From NCBI GenBank assembly GCA_951406725.2, contig OX597814.1:89342001-89406000 (forward strand): a stretch of DNA of 64,000 nucleotides, written 5' to 3'. This document shows positions 50,391 to 62,300 of this stretch, in pieces. Position 1 is the stretch's first letter, and every line of letters begins with the position of its first letter. This DNA comes from Octopus vulgaris (taxonomy: Eukaryota). Both the position numbers and the translations under genes were made by a program. The notes beneath the pieces are model-generated. The model made no database searches and was not told where the DNA came from. It was given only the letters and a program-made list of their open reading frames with translations.

Positions 50391-53300
50391 TCATTGAATT
50401 GAATGATGTGATGTGTTGTTAGACCAATATGTGTTAATTTTTGTCAAAATGTTCTCAGGTAGTGACCAATTAGTGGTTGTTTTTTGATCTGCTGTGATTA
50501 GAGGTATTTTCAGTAGAGATTTTAATTTCTGAAAAAGAGAATAAAAATATTATTTACAAACCTAATAAAGTAAAATCTCATTATTACTTCAATTTCAAGA
50601 TATTATGATTGTGATATTTCAATGAATGAAATATTTGCGAATTGCCCCTTCATCATCATCATCGTTTAGCGTCCGTTTTCCATGCTAGCATGGGTTAAAT
50701 ATGTATATTACTTTTTCCCAACTCTTCTGGCATGAATAACATATAAATCAAACATTAACATGAATACTTGATGCAGATATATATATAAATGTCATTTTTG
50801 ATACTTTTTTATCTAATGCTTGTCAGAATCGTCTAGTTTATTCCATCATTTAGTATGAGTGTTACTCTTAACAATTAATTCCATTAAAGTTAGATTATTT
50901 AGGATGGTTCTGAATAAAGTTTGGATTTAACCTTGGAACTATTAACAATTAGCCTAGTCAGAAGAAAGGGAGTTCCAAACCTTTATGCGGACCCTCTGAG
51001 ATGGGTATGATTGGTTATGGCTTGAATAAACTAAATTAATGCTTGCAGGAAAAGTATGAGCAGAGATGGCATTCCAGTGAGTTATTGTTCTGAGTTAAGT
51101 GTCAGTAGGTCTTCCCTTATCATGGATAATATAATATAGCATTCTATATAAGTAGGGTAAATGTTAGACTATTTCTGGCAACTACCAAAGTTAGCTATAA
51201 CAGTATAGGCAACATAACCAGTATGACAGCTTGAAGCAATAGAAGTCGAGTCAAATCCACCATCAAAATGCTACACCAGCATTCTGTTTTGTATGCTTAC
51301 TTGACAAGTGTATAAAACCAAAGTATCTCTCAAACACAGTCCAAGATAAAATTATATTAAATATATTTATAAGAAGGCACATACAACATAACCAATTTTA
51401 TGAAAGAAAAAATATTTCACATGTATTGCAGCATATTTGGGGTGGGGGGTGGGGGGCACTTGAACTCACTTTGGAGAAACTGACTTTGCCAGTGGGGAGA
51501 AACAGTGGAAGCGTTAGCTTTAACAATTCATCCTTGACTATTAAACATAACCAGTTCCCAAATCTTTGAATTAATCGCTGGTTTTAGACCGTAACTTGAC
51601 AGGGTCTCAGGTTAGCAATCAGAGGGATTTGAAAGAGTTGATAATCCCTTAATAGTCCAGCTTGTAGACAAAATTATAATGCCTTACAAGAACATTTGTT
51701 AAAGTATACTAGAAACTGGATACTGCTTCCAAACCACTCCTCAACAACAGCTGCTAAGATCAGTTACACTAATGCACTATACAGGTGTCACAAGAAAAAG
51801 GTAAATTTCTTTCAAATTACACTCTTGAAGGATGAAGTGATTCTAGATATACAATGGGCCAGCTAGTTAATGTCAAGCAGTCACACTCAACAACTGAAAG
51901 AGTTATGTAACTATTGAGAACTTGTATTATTCATCAGTTGCCTTGAAGACAGTGTAAAGAATTTTACTGAGTATCAATGGAGTGAAACTTCAGTTTTCGA
52001 GAGAATAAGTAAACTCTACTTTTTTTTTTTATATAGTTTGCATATATACACACATACTTTATTATTATTAAAACTGCAAAAACATCACAAAAATATCACA
52101 ATAACTTGCTACACAAAGTTTCACGTTCCTGTTTGTTGGACACTTTAGATTGGGAATCTAAACTCTCCAACAAATGGAAACGTGAAACTCTGAGTAGCAG
52201 TTTACTGCAATATTTTTGATGTTTTTGCAGCTTTGATAATAATAAAGCATATTACTCTACCTCTGGAATTCAAGTACTATGTTATTCACCTTGTTTCGCA
52301 TTTATGTGCTTAATTTAGTAATATATATATATATCAAGTCATCCCATAAGTTCTGTCCGATTTTACCTTTTTTATAATTGAATGAAATATAGTATTTTAG
52401 AATGTCTAATGGAATTAAAAATTATTTTTATGCATTTGTGTACATCATCATCATCGTTTAACGTCCGCTTTCCATGCTAGCATGGGTTGGACGGTTCAAC
52501 TGGGGTCTGGGAAGCCCGAAGGCTGCACCAGGCCAGTCAGATCTGGCAGTGTTTCTACAGGTGGATGCCCTTCCTAATGCCAACCACTCCGTGAGTGTAG
52601 TGGGTGCTTTTTATGTGCCACCATCACAGGTGCCAGACAAGGCTGGCGAACGGCCATGCTCGGATGGTGTTTGTTATGTGCCACCAGCACGGAGGCCAGT
52701 CGATGCGGTACTGGCTACGGCCATGTTCGGATGGTTTCTTATGTCCCACCGGCACTGGTACCACAAAACTACAAATTCCATTGATGTTCATCGATTTTGA
52801 TTTGATTCTTTGATTTTTGATTTTCACTTGCCTCAACAGGTCTTCACAAGTAGAGTTATGTGTCCCAAGAAGGAAGGTATGCACAGGTGGACTGACTACG
52901 TCCCAGGTAGGGGCCATGGGTTATGGCCTCACTTGTCCTGCCGGGTCTTCTCGCGCACAGCATACTTGCATTTAAACAAATTAAATATTATATCACAGAA
53001 TAATAGAATTAAAATTTCTTTGATTAAAACTCTTTCTAACAAAGAGCATTTGAGGTACATAATGCTTTATGAGTACAAAAAAGTAAACTCTGCAGCCGAA
53101 GTGACTCGAAACATACACTCAGTTTATGGGAAAGAATGCTTGAATGAAAGAACTTGCAGAAGATGGTTTGCAAAATTCAGAAGTGGAGATTTCAGCCTTA
53201 AAGATGAAGATCAAACAGGACGTCCAGTTGAGTTTGATGATAAGATCTTTGAGGCATTATTTGAAGAAAATCCAGCATTATCAGTTGAAGACTTGGCAAT

Positions 53301-56300
53301 AAAGCTTAGTTCAAACCATACAACTTTTCATCGTCATCTTCAACAACTTGGAAAGGTTTCTAACTTTGAAAATGGGAGCCTCATGAATTGCCAGAAAGCA
53401 ACCACAAATCCCGAGTTGACAACTGCTCTTCTCTCCATTTTCGCGAACTCATTTCACTCTTTTTTGGATAGACTTGTGACTTGGTGACGAAAAATGGATC
53501 TTCTATCAAAATGTTAAACATCATAAACAGTGACTTGGTAAAAGGGAAAAAGCTCAACCACAAATGAGAAGGGAACTTCATGGGGGAAAAGGTTCTTCTC
53601 TCTATCTGGTAGGATTGCAAAGGAGTAATTCACTTTGTTACCACCTAATGCAACAATCAATGCTCAAGTCTACTGTCAGCAATTACAGCATTTGAACCAA
53701 GCTTTGAAGGAAAAAAGACCTGCTTTAGTGAATCGAAAAGGAGTGATGCTTCATCAGGACAATGCATGATCCCACACTGCAAAGATCACATCACAGAATA
53801 TCGAAGAGCTTGGTTGGGGAAAAATTCCTCATCCACCTTATTCTCCTGACCTTGCTCCTTCAGTCTACCATTTGTTTTGTAGTTTACAGAATCATTTGAG
53901 GGACATAACTTTCACAAGCCAGGAGGCGGTTGAAACTGACATTTCAGAGTTCTTCGCTTTGAAACCAAAAGAGTTTTACATTGATGGGATTAAAAAGCTT
54001 GTAAATAGTTGGAAGGAAGTCATAGATAATCAGGGAAAGTACATTGATGATTAAATTTCAATTAAATATAACATTTGACCACTTGTTTTCTTTATTCAAA
54101 ATTCGGACAGAACTTATGGGATGACCTGATATATATATACACACACACTCATTGAGTGTACTTTTTTTTTGGTGGCACTATCAATAGTGAGGTCACCAAG
54201 TCCCTCGGCTGAGTGGAATATATTACAAGTTACATACATACAAGCAATCATACACACATACATGATGGGTTTCCTTCACTTTCCATTAACCTAATCCACT
54301 CATAAGGCTTTGCATTGTTCTGAGACTGAACCTGAAAATGTGATTGGTAAGCAAACTTGCATGAAGTTGTTGTCATCGTCGTCATCATCATCATTTAATG
54401 TCTGTTTTCCATGCATGCATAGGTAGGGCAGTTCACAGGAGCTGGCCAGGTAGAAAAACTACCTTATGCTACTCTGTCTGTTTTGGCAGGGTTTTGATTG
54501 CTGGAACCCTTCCTAACACCAACAACTCTGCAGATAGGACTGAGTGATTTTTATGTGGCACTAGCACAGGTGAAGTTAGCCTGATTTTTACAGCTGGATG
54601 CCTTTCCAAATGCCAATCACTTTACAGTGGGGACTAGATGCTTTTTACGTGGCACCAGCACTAGCAGAGTCACCAAGTAACGCGCAAAACAAGGAATTAT
54701 GAGAGGGGCAAAGGCATTTAAGGAGGGGAGCTCATGTCAGAGGATGAAAGGTTAGAGGGTGACAAAGAGACAGAGAGGCAGAAACAGGTGTCTTGCTATA
54801 ACTGAGGGGGCATTGGAGGTGATCCAGTATCAGATGATGAAAGGTTACAGTGTGGCAGAGAAATAGGGAGGCAGAGTAACCATTTCTACTCAAGGCACAA
54901 GGCTTGAAATTTAGGGGAGGGGGTTCAGTCGATTAGATTGACCCCAGTATACAACTGGTACTTAATTTATCGACCCTGAAAAGATGTAAGGCAAAGTTGA
55001 CTTTGGCAGAATCTGAACTCAGAATGTAAAGACAGACGAAATAACGCTAAAGGGAGGCAGAATAATAAAAAAAAAGTTCAAAAGATGCAAATACTTTTTT
55101 TTATATATTTAACCATCTCTTCATACAGTAAAAGAAAGATTTTTCAATAAAGTAAATATAGACAAATTAAAATCCTTGAGTTACATAAAATAATTTTTTA
55201 GTTTAGATCTAATAAATTATGGATGGACATTTCATATTGTTCCTACATTCTTGACCTACTCTGGATCTTAGATTCATCAACATCATCATCATTTACTGTC
55301 TTGTTTTCCATGCTGGCATGGAATAGATGGTTTGATTAGAACTGGTAAGCTGTTTTGGCTTGGTTTCTATGGCTGGATGCCAACCACTCCACAGAGAGTA
55401 CTGGGTGTTTTATGTGTTTCCAACATGGCTGCCTCTTACGTATCACTGGCACAGGTGCCATTTACATGTTACTGGCAGAGATACCATTTACGTGTCACTG
55501 GCACAGGAGCCTTTTATGTGTCACTGGCACAGGTGCCACTTGTCATTGGCATGAGCTGCTTATTATGTGTCAGTGGCACGAGTGCCTTTTATGTGTTGTG
55601 ATCTCTACATGTCACTGGCATGGATATTTTCTATGTGTCACCTCAATTCATATAAAAAAACCCCAGCTAAACTTGTATGGACTTTCATCAAACAAAAAAA
55701 AAAAAAACACAGAATAACTTATACTTACATGTAGAGCATCTAATTTACTTTCATCTGTGATATATTGTGCTTCTGTAAGAATATAGAAGAGTATTAATAT
55801 TAGCAAGTTAACCAGTTGCAAATCATCATTGCTTTTCCATGATCCCATGGATCACAAAATTCAGACTTTTTTTATAGCTGAATGTGTTTACTTTTATCCA
55901 ACCCTCAACTGTTTCCAAGCAAGGTAATATTTGTCCAAGGCTGGACATGTTTCCAAGTCAGACTGCTAGTATGATGGTGACACTTTCCCAATGTCAAGAT
56001 AAGGATGCACACACGCATATACATAGTCATATACACACTTATGTAATATTATGCACATATATATCATTATTGTCACTTTGAATTCCACTTATCCATGCTT
56101 GCATGGGTTTGTTGAGGCAAATTTTCTGCAGCTAGATGCTCTTCAAGTCACCAACCCTCACCTGTTTCCAAGCAAGTTAATATTTCTACATGGCCAGATG
56201 TGTTTTTGCAGAATATTGGAATTACAATTATCACGTGATATGAAGACAAAGACATACACACACATGACCAGCTTCTTTCAGTTTTCACCTCCTAGATCCA

Positions 56301-59300
56301 CTCACAAGGCTTTGGAAAGTCTGGAGTTATAGTGGAAGACTATAAGCCCAAGGTGCCACATAGTGGGATTGAACCTGAAATCTTGTAATTGAGAAGCAAA
56401 GTTCTTAACCTCACAGACATGCCTGCAAGCACACATGCATGCACATCTTTTAGCTGGTGTAGTAGAAACAAAACAACCAAGTCTGTAACTTGAACTGAAT
56501 TGGTTGTAATAATATTTTCTAGCCTTATAAGGATCAGAAATCTTTGTTGAATATAATTTAGGTTTTATCTTGCTGTTGTATTGATACTGATTTCTTCCTT
56601 GTTCAGATTAGTCGTTTTTGAGGTGAATATAAAAAAGATTTGCATAGAAGAAGAGCAAATTGACAATGTATCATAAAAGGAGAAGCTATTATACACAACT
56701 ATGATTGATAAGCATATTTGCATTCGAATCTGCCATAATGTATTAAAAATAAATATGCAAGTCATCACTTTGAATCTTACTGTTCTCCATACAAATGATA
56801 ATTTATTATTAGTTGGAAGATATTGGTACAAACCAATAAACAGCTTCTTCGCTAAAATTATAAAGAAAAGCCACCAACTCTTGTTTAGACTTAAAGGTCT
56901 GGGTGTTTCTGGCTGACAAGGCACATGTTGCACATACTTGATATACATCAGTTATTTAAATGCCAGAAGCTGTGATTTATCATCTGGGAAAATCCCTTTC
57001 AGGATGTATTGTGTTAAAAAGCACAATGTAGCTCAGAGTCAGGCAAAATGAAATTGCCCCAGAAGTGATCATGAAAGTCACTGCAATATGCAGATTATGC
57101 AATAGAAGCAGCTTATAATGTAAACATTACCAATACCATATATATATATATATATATTTTCTTTTACTCATTTCAGCCATGCGGCTGTGGTTATGCTGGA
57201 GCACCACGATGGGGTCATGTTGGAGCCAACACACGCACGTGCGCACACACACACACACACATTGTGATCCCCTTCAATCATAAATGACCATGGGATTGCA
57301 CCTAGAAAGTTACCCTCTCAGGCACAGGTCTGGGCAAGGTTATTTATGGAAGACCAGCAGTCGCACATGCATACCGGCCTCTCCTCTCCATGCCACTGAT
57401 GTTATCCAAAGGAACGGCAAAGGCCGATACAGCTTGGCACCAGTGATGTTGCAACTCATTTATTAACGTGCAAGTGGCTGAGCACTCCACAGACACGTGT
57501 CTGTACCCTTAACGTAGTTCTCGGGGAGATTCAGCGTGACACAGAGTGTGACAAGGCTGGCCCTTTGAAGTGCAGGTACAACAGAAACAGGAAGAAAGAA
57601 TGAGAGAAAGTTGTAGTGAAAGAGTACAGCAGGGTTCATCCCCCCCTGCCGGAGCCTTGTGGAGCTTTAGGTGTTTTCGCTCAATAAACACTCACAATGC
57701 CTGGTCTGGGAATTGAAACCGCGATCCTACGACTGTGAGTCCACTGCCCTAACCACTGGGCCATTGCACCTCCACACACATTATATATATATATATATAT
57801 TATATAAGGGGTGCTGAAAAGTTCCTGGCTTTAAGGGCATCGAGAAAGGCCTGGTTAGAGTCCCAACCATCTGAATTCTTTTACAGGGCTTAGAAACACT
57901 GAAGAACTGTTGCAATAAGTGTGTGAATCTGAGAGGAGAATATGTTGAATAAAATCAATTAACTGGTCCCCCTGTATTTTCTTTTATCTAAAGCCAGGAA
58001 CTTTTCAGCACCTCTTATACACACACACACACATGCATGTATATCATCATCGTTTAATGTCTACTTTTCTATGCTTGCACAGGCATCTATAAATAAAACC
58101 AACACCTGCTGTTGATAAGAATTTACACCATAAACTATTCAATCCCTTATCCACTCAGTTATTCTCTCTCTACATACACAATATTGATTATTTTTCTCAC
58201 ATAAGTAATTAACGTATTCAATTCACTTACCAATGTGTTTTCTTTTTGAAGGACTTGCATATGTTAAATCATTAAACTGGCAACTATTTCCATGTGATTG
58301 ATTGTCTAGAGAATCTATTTGATATGTAGAAAACGTTCTTTTGTTGGAATTATTGTTCGAATGATGTGTGTTTCTTAATTCAGGCTTGTGTAGCTCTTTT
58401 GCAGTAGAAGTAACAACTTCATTTGAATTCAAATTTACAGAGTTAGAATCATTGTCATCACTAGAATAGCCTTGTGGTACAGGAAGGTTGGAATCAGCAT
58501 TATAGTTGAAGACACTAATTTCAGATAAAGCCGGCTCATTCGGTGGAGACAGTTGACAACTTTCATGAGCTGTTGATGTAACAAGAAAAGATGGTGCTAC
58601 ACATTTTCTTTTGTTATTGCTATTTGATTCTTGGCTGCTATCACAATCGCTGGTTTTTAATACATTTCTTTTTAGATCATTTTCAAAATGATCGAATGAT
58701 GAGCTAAATCCATATTCGTCATTAGCGGTACTGGTGACTGTTAAAACAGTATCCTGTGAACATAGAGGTTCATTTACATTGTGGTCATTTTCATACTGAT
58801 TAGCTGGTTGGATATCACACTGGTCAGCTGCCTCATCTGAGGGAAGAGCAAGGTTATGGAGTCGTGTTTCTTCTTCAATATCACTGTCACTTGAGTGTGA
58901 TGTTATTCTTGGATTGCTCTGGGATGGAAGTAAGACATCTTCAGCTACCAAATTATTTTCTGACTGATGTTCATGAGGTAGACACAAATTAGAAGCCATT
59001 GTTTCATCAGCCTTGGAATAAAATTGAATAGAAAACTAGTAAGATGAGATAAAAAACAGGAAATTATGAAAACATTTCCAAAGTAGTGTTCTTTCTTAAT
59101 ATTCATTCTTTACAAACTAAAAAAAATGTATCTTTACATGTCTATATTAGACTAAAAAAAGTAGATTGGATGGAATAACGAGCTGATTAACCCTTTCGTT
59201 ACAGTATTTATTTTGAGATGCTTTGTGTTTCTTTCAATTACTTTAAATATAACAAAGAATTTAGTAAAATAACTTAGTTATCATTAAGTTAGTGTTAGGA

Positions 59301-62300
59301 ACATAAATTGTGACTAAGGTTTGGTGGAAGATTTTAATTCAGAACTTATGAAAACAAGACATTTGTACTACAGGCCCAGAGCCGGTTTCAGCCGGGTTGG
59401 TAACAAAAGAGTTAAATAAAGAAATAAGAAATGACAAAGTTGGAGAAAATAGTGCAGAAAGGAAAAATAAGCAAACCCATACCAACATAGGAAAATGAGA
59501 GATAACAATATGAAAATCTTTAATTCTAAACCTAATTTCCTTTGCAATACCCTCAGCACAAATGATGGAGAAAGTTACCTGTACCCTTGTGACTAAAGCA
59601 AATCAAAGTCATATACTAAGACATATACAATCAAAGACATATACTAACAAATAGGAGAAATGGTACAGTTGACTTAGGAGGGGTTTAAAATCTGAATGTA
59701 ACCAAGTACCACAAATACAGAATAGAAGCATTAAGCAATGATGTGTATAGATATAAACTTGCAACCAGTTCAAATATGCTTGAGGTATATTCAAACCTGT
59801 AAGAAAGCCATTCACTGTATTTTGCTACAGGAAAAATTTCTTGTTGTAGACAAATAGGTGTAAACATAACAAGTCAGTTTGAAGCACCTACTTCTAGACT
59901 GATAGATGCATGCATTTCAGATGGATGCACAATGATGTTTTTACTGACCATTGCTATGTTGCCATGCATATTAACAAAAAGGAAAAAACATTTACCTGTG
60001 AAATAGTTTGTTGTTGGGCTTCATCTTCAGGATTGGTTTCTAGAATAAAAACCCAATGAGAATCAGTTATCTTCATTTCTTTCAAGAAAGGAAATTTCTG
60101 AAATGTTCTTAAATATAAAACATGCACAGGATTTATCATTGGCAACTGAAAAGTATATCAACCAACTTTTCAGTAAAGAAATATAACATGAGGAAAGACA
60201 TTAAATACTAAGTCATCGTCTTTAAGTCACTATTGACTATTCCATTGCTTCATATTGTTCAGTATGTCTTATCAACTGTAGATGAGAAATTACAAACACT
60301 GAGTGGACAATGTATTAATATTCCATTACTGGGACACAAACACTGTCAGTGCTGGGATCACAGAAAGCAGTAATTCTATGATAAAATATGCTTTAGGGTT
60401 TCTTTCTCAATACATGTTTAATCCAATTCCGTCTTTTCCTTTTTATTTCTTGGCTTATCTGGGGGACTTGGGTTACACAACAATAATTGGACAGAATGAT
60501 CAACTACTTACATTTCTAGCTATAGAAAGAGAAAACAGGAGGATAAATTTAAAAGATTAATTTGTTACAAGAAGAGAGATTTAAAATGTAAGTCTGCATA
60601 GGATCAGTATAAAGTTTCTCTGATGTCTTTTCGCATGCTTAAATTGAATTTTGGTTTAATTCTTGGCTTTCATAATTTTGCTTTGTCCTGTATTTATGAG
60701 CATAGATACAAGCATATTTAAATGTCAACAATAGTGAACTCACCGTTTTGATTTAAAATGACTGAAGGATTTCCTGGAATTATTTCATCTGATGATGATG
60801 ATGCATTTGGTTGTGGAACAATACTGTTGTCACTTTGATGGAGAAAAGACTTTACATTAATAGATGATCACAAGATGAACAGAAATTTAAACCACATATA
60901 TTATACTTTTAGTAAAATAGTTTATAATATTTTATAATTTACAGTTATACACTCCATCACACTGATGAGATTTAAGAGGGATATTCAGTACAATGGAGTT
61001 TATATTTTACTAAAGATGTTGTAATCAAGAGCATAATATATTTTATTTGAATGAAAAGTAGGCATGCTAATGTAATGGCTGAACCTCATCTTTAGAATGG
61101 CATGTCAAAAGCACAATGATGTCAAAAAGTGCTAACCACTATGGGGATTTCCTACATAGTATTTTCTAACTTGGAGTAATTATAAAAATACTTGACGTCA
61201 TTTGACTTTTATGTGTCACACCATTGTATGAAATGATAAACTGAATTGCATTGCTGTTTATGCAATTTATTTTGTAGAATGTTGTTCAATTTGTAACTGC
61301 AATTTTATGATCATATTGAGTTAATTAGAGAGAATTATTGTGCTGAAATCTTGAACAGTATGCCATGGTTAAAGTTGACTTATCCTAAATATCTGAATTT
61401 AAAAAACAGAAAGATTTGTAACTTGATGTTGTTGTTTAACCCCAGGTTAGCCTCAATCAAGCCTTGATATCTGGTACTTTTCTGTATTCAAGAAGACCCA
61501 TCCACTAAGACAAAATTAATACTGGTGTTGGTGCCACATAGAAAGCACCCAGTACACTCTGTAAAGTGGTTGGCATTAAGAAGGGCATCCAGCCATAGAA
61601 ACCATGCCACAACAGACAGTGATACCTGGTGTGACCAGGGGCTTTACCAGCTATGGTCAAACCATCCACCCCATGCCAGTATGGAAAACAGATGTATGAT
61701 GATGGGGATGATGATGATGATGATAAGGAGTGTGATTTGTAGGAAATCTGGTTTCTATTACTAGAGGTTTCAATAACAACCTTTTATAAAACATATAGTC
61801 CCATTTTAAGAACAGCAGTTGAAATGCCAATAAAGGAATTCTGTTACATTATTAGTTGGAAAACATACAAGATAGAGCAAGATAAAAAAAAATTACTTTT
61901 AGATGGTTGGGCTTTGCAGATGAATACAGACAGAATGCAAACTCATATTTTGAGATACCATACTTCAGAGTGATGTAGAAACTGTAGTGGTATGTAGATT
62001 AGCTTGTCATGTGTGATTTAGCAAATTCACCCCCCCCCCCATTTATAAACAAATGAAATGAAAAACCACAGTAATACATCAGTAATGGCTAGTAATATTT
62101 AATAAATGTCACTAGGTGTAATTCATCAACAGAAATTTAATTCAGAACATTTCTGGTAAAAAAGACAAAAAGTATATATTTTATGGCTTAGTCAGGGAAG
62201 GAAAAGAGCGACACATTTACTTTTTTTGGGGCTTCAAACTAATGAGAGTAACATATCTTTAAATTCAAGGGCTGGTCTCAGTTCTTGCAACAAAGTGGAC

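Noticed and set aside
52810-53487. 225-aa ORF as a SETMAR-like domesticated gene
   Set aside because: The transposase has frameshifts and stops and retains both TIRs; the ORF N-terminus comes from an inserted retroposon.
55430-55640. CRISPR-like repeat-spacer array
   Set aside because: Eukaryotic context, degenerate units without unique spacers, no cas genes; it is a minisatellite within a retroposon.
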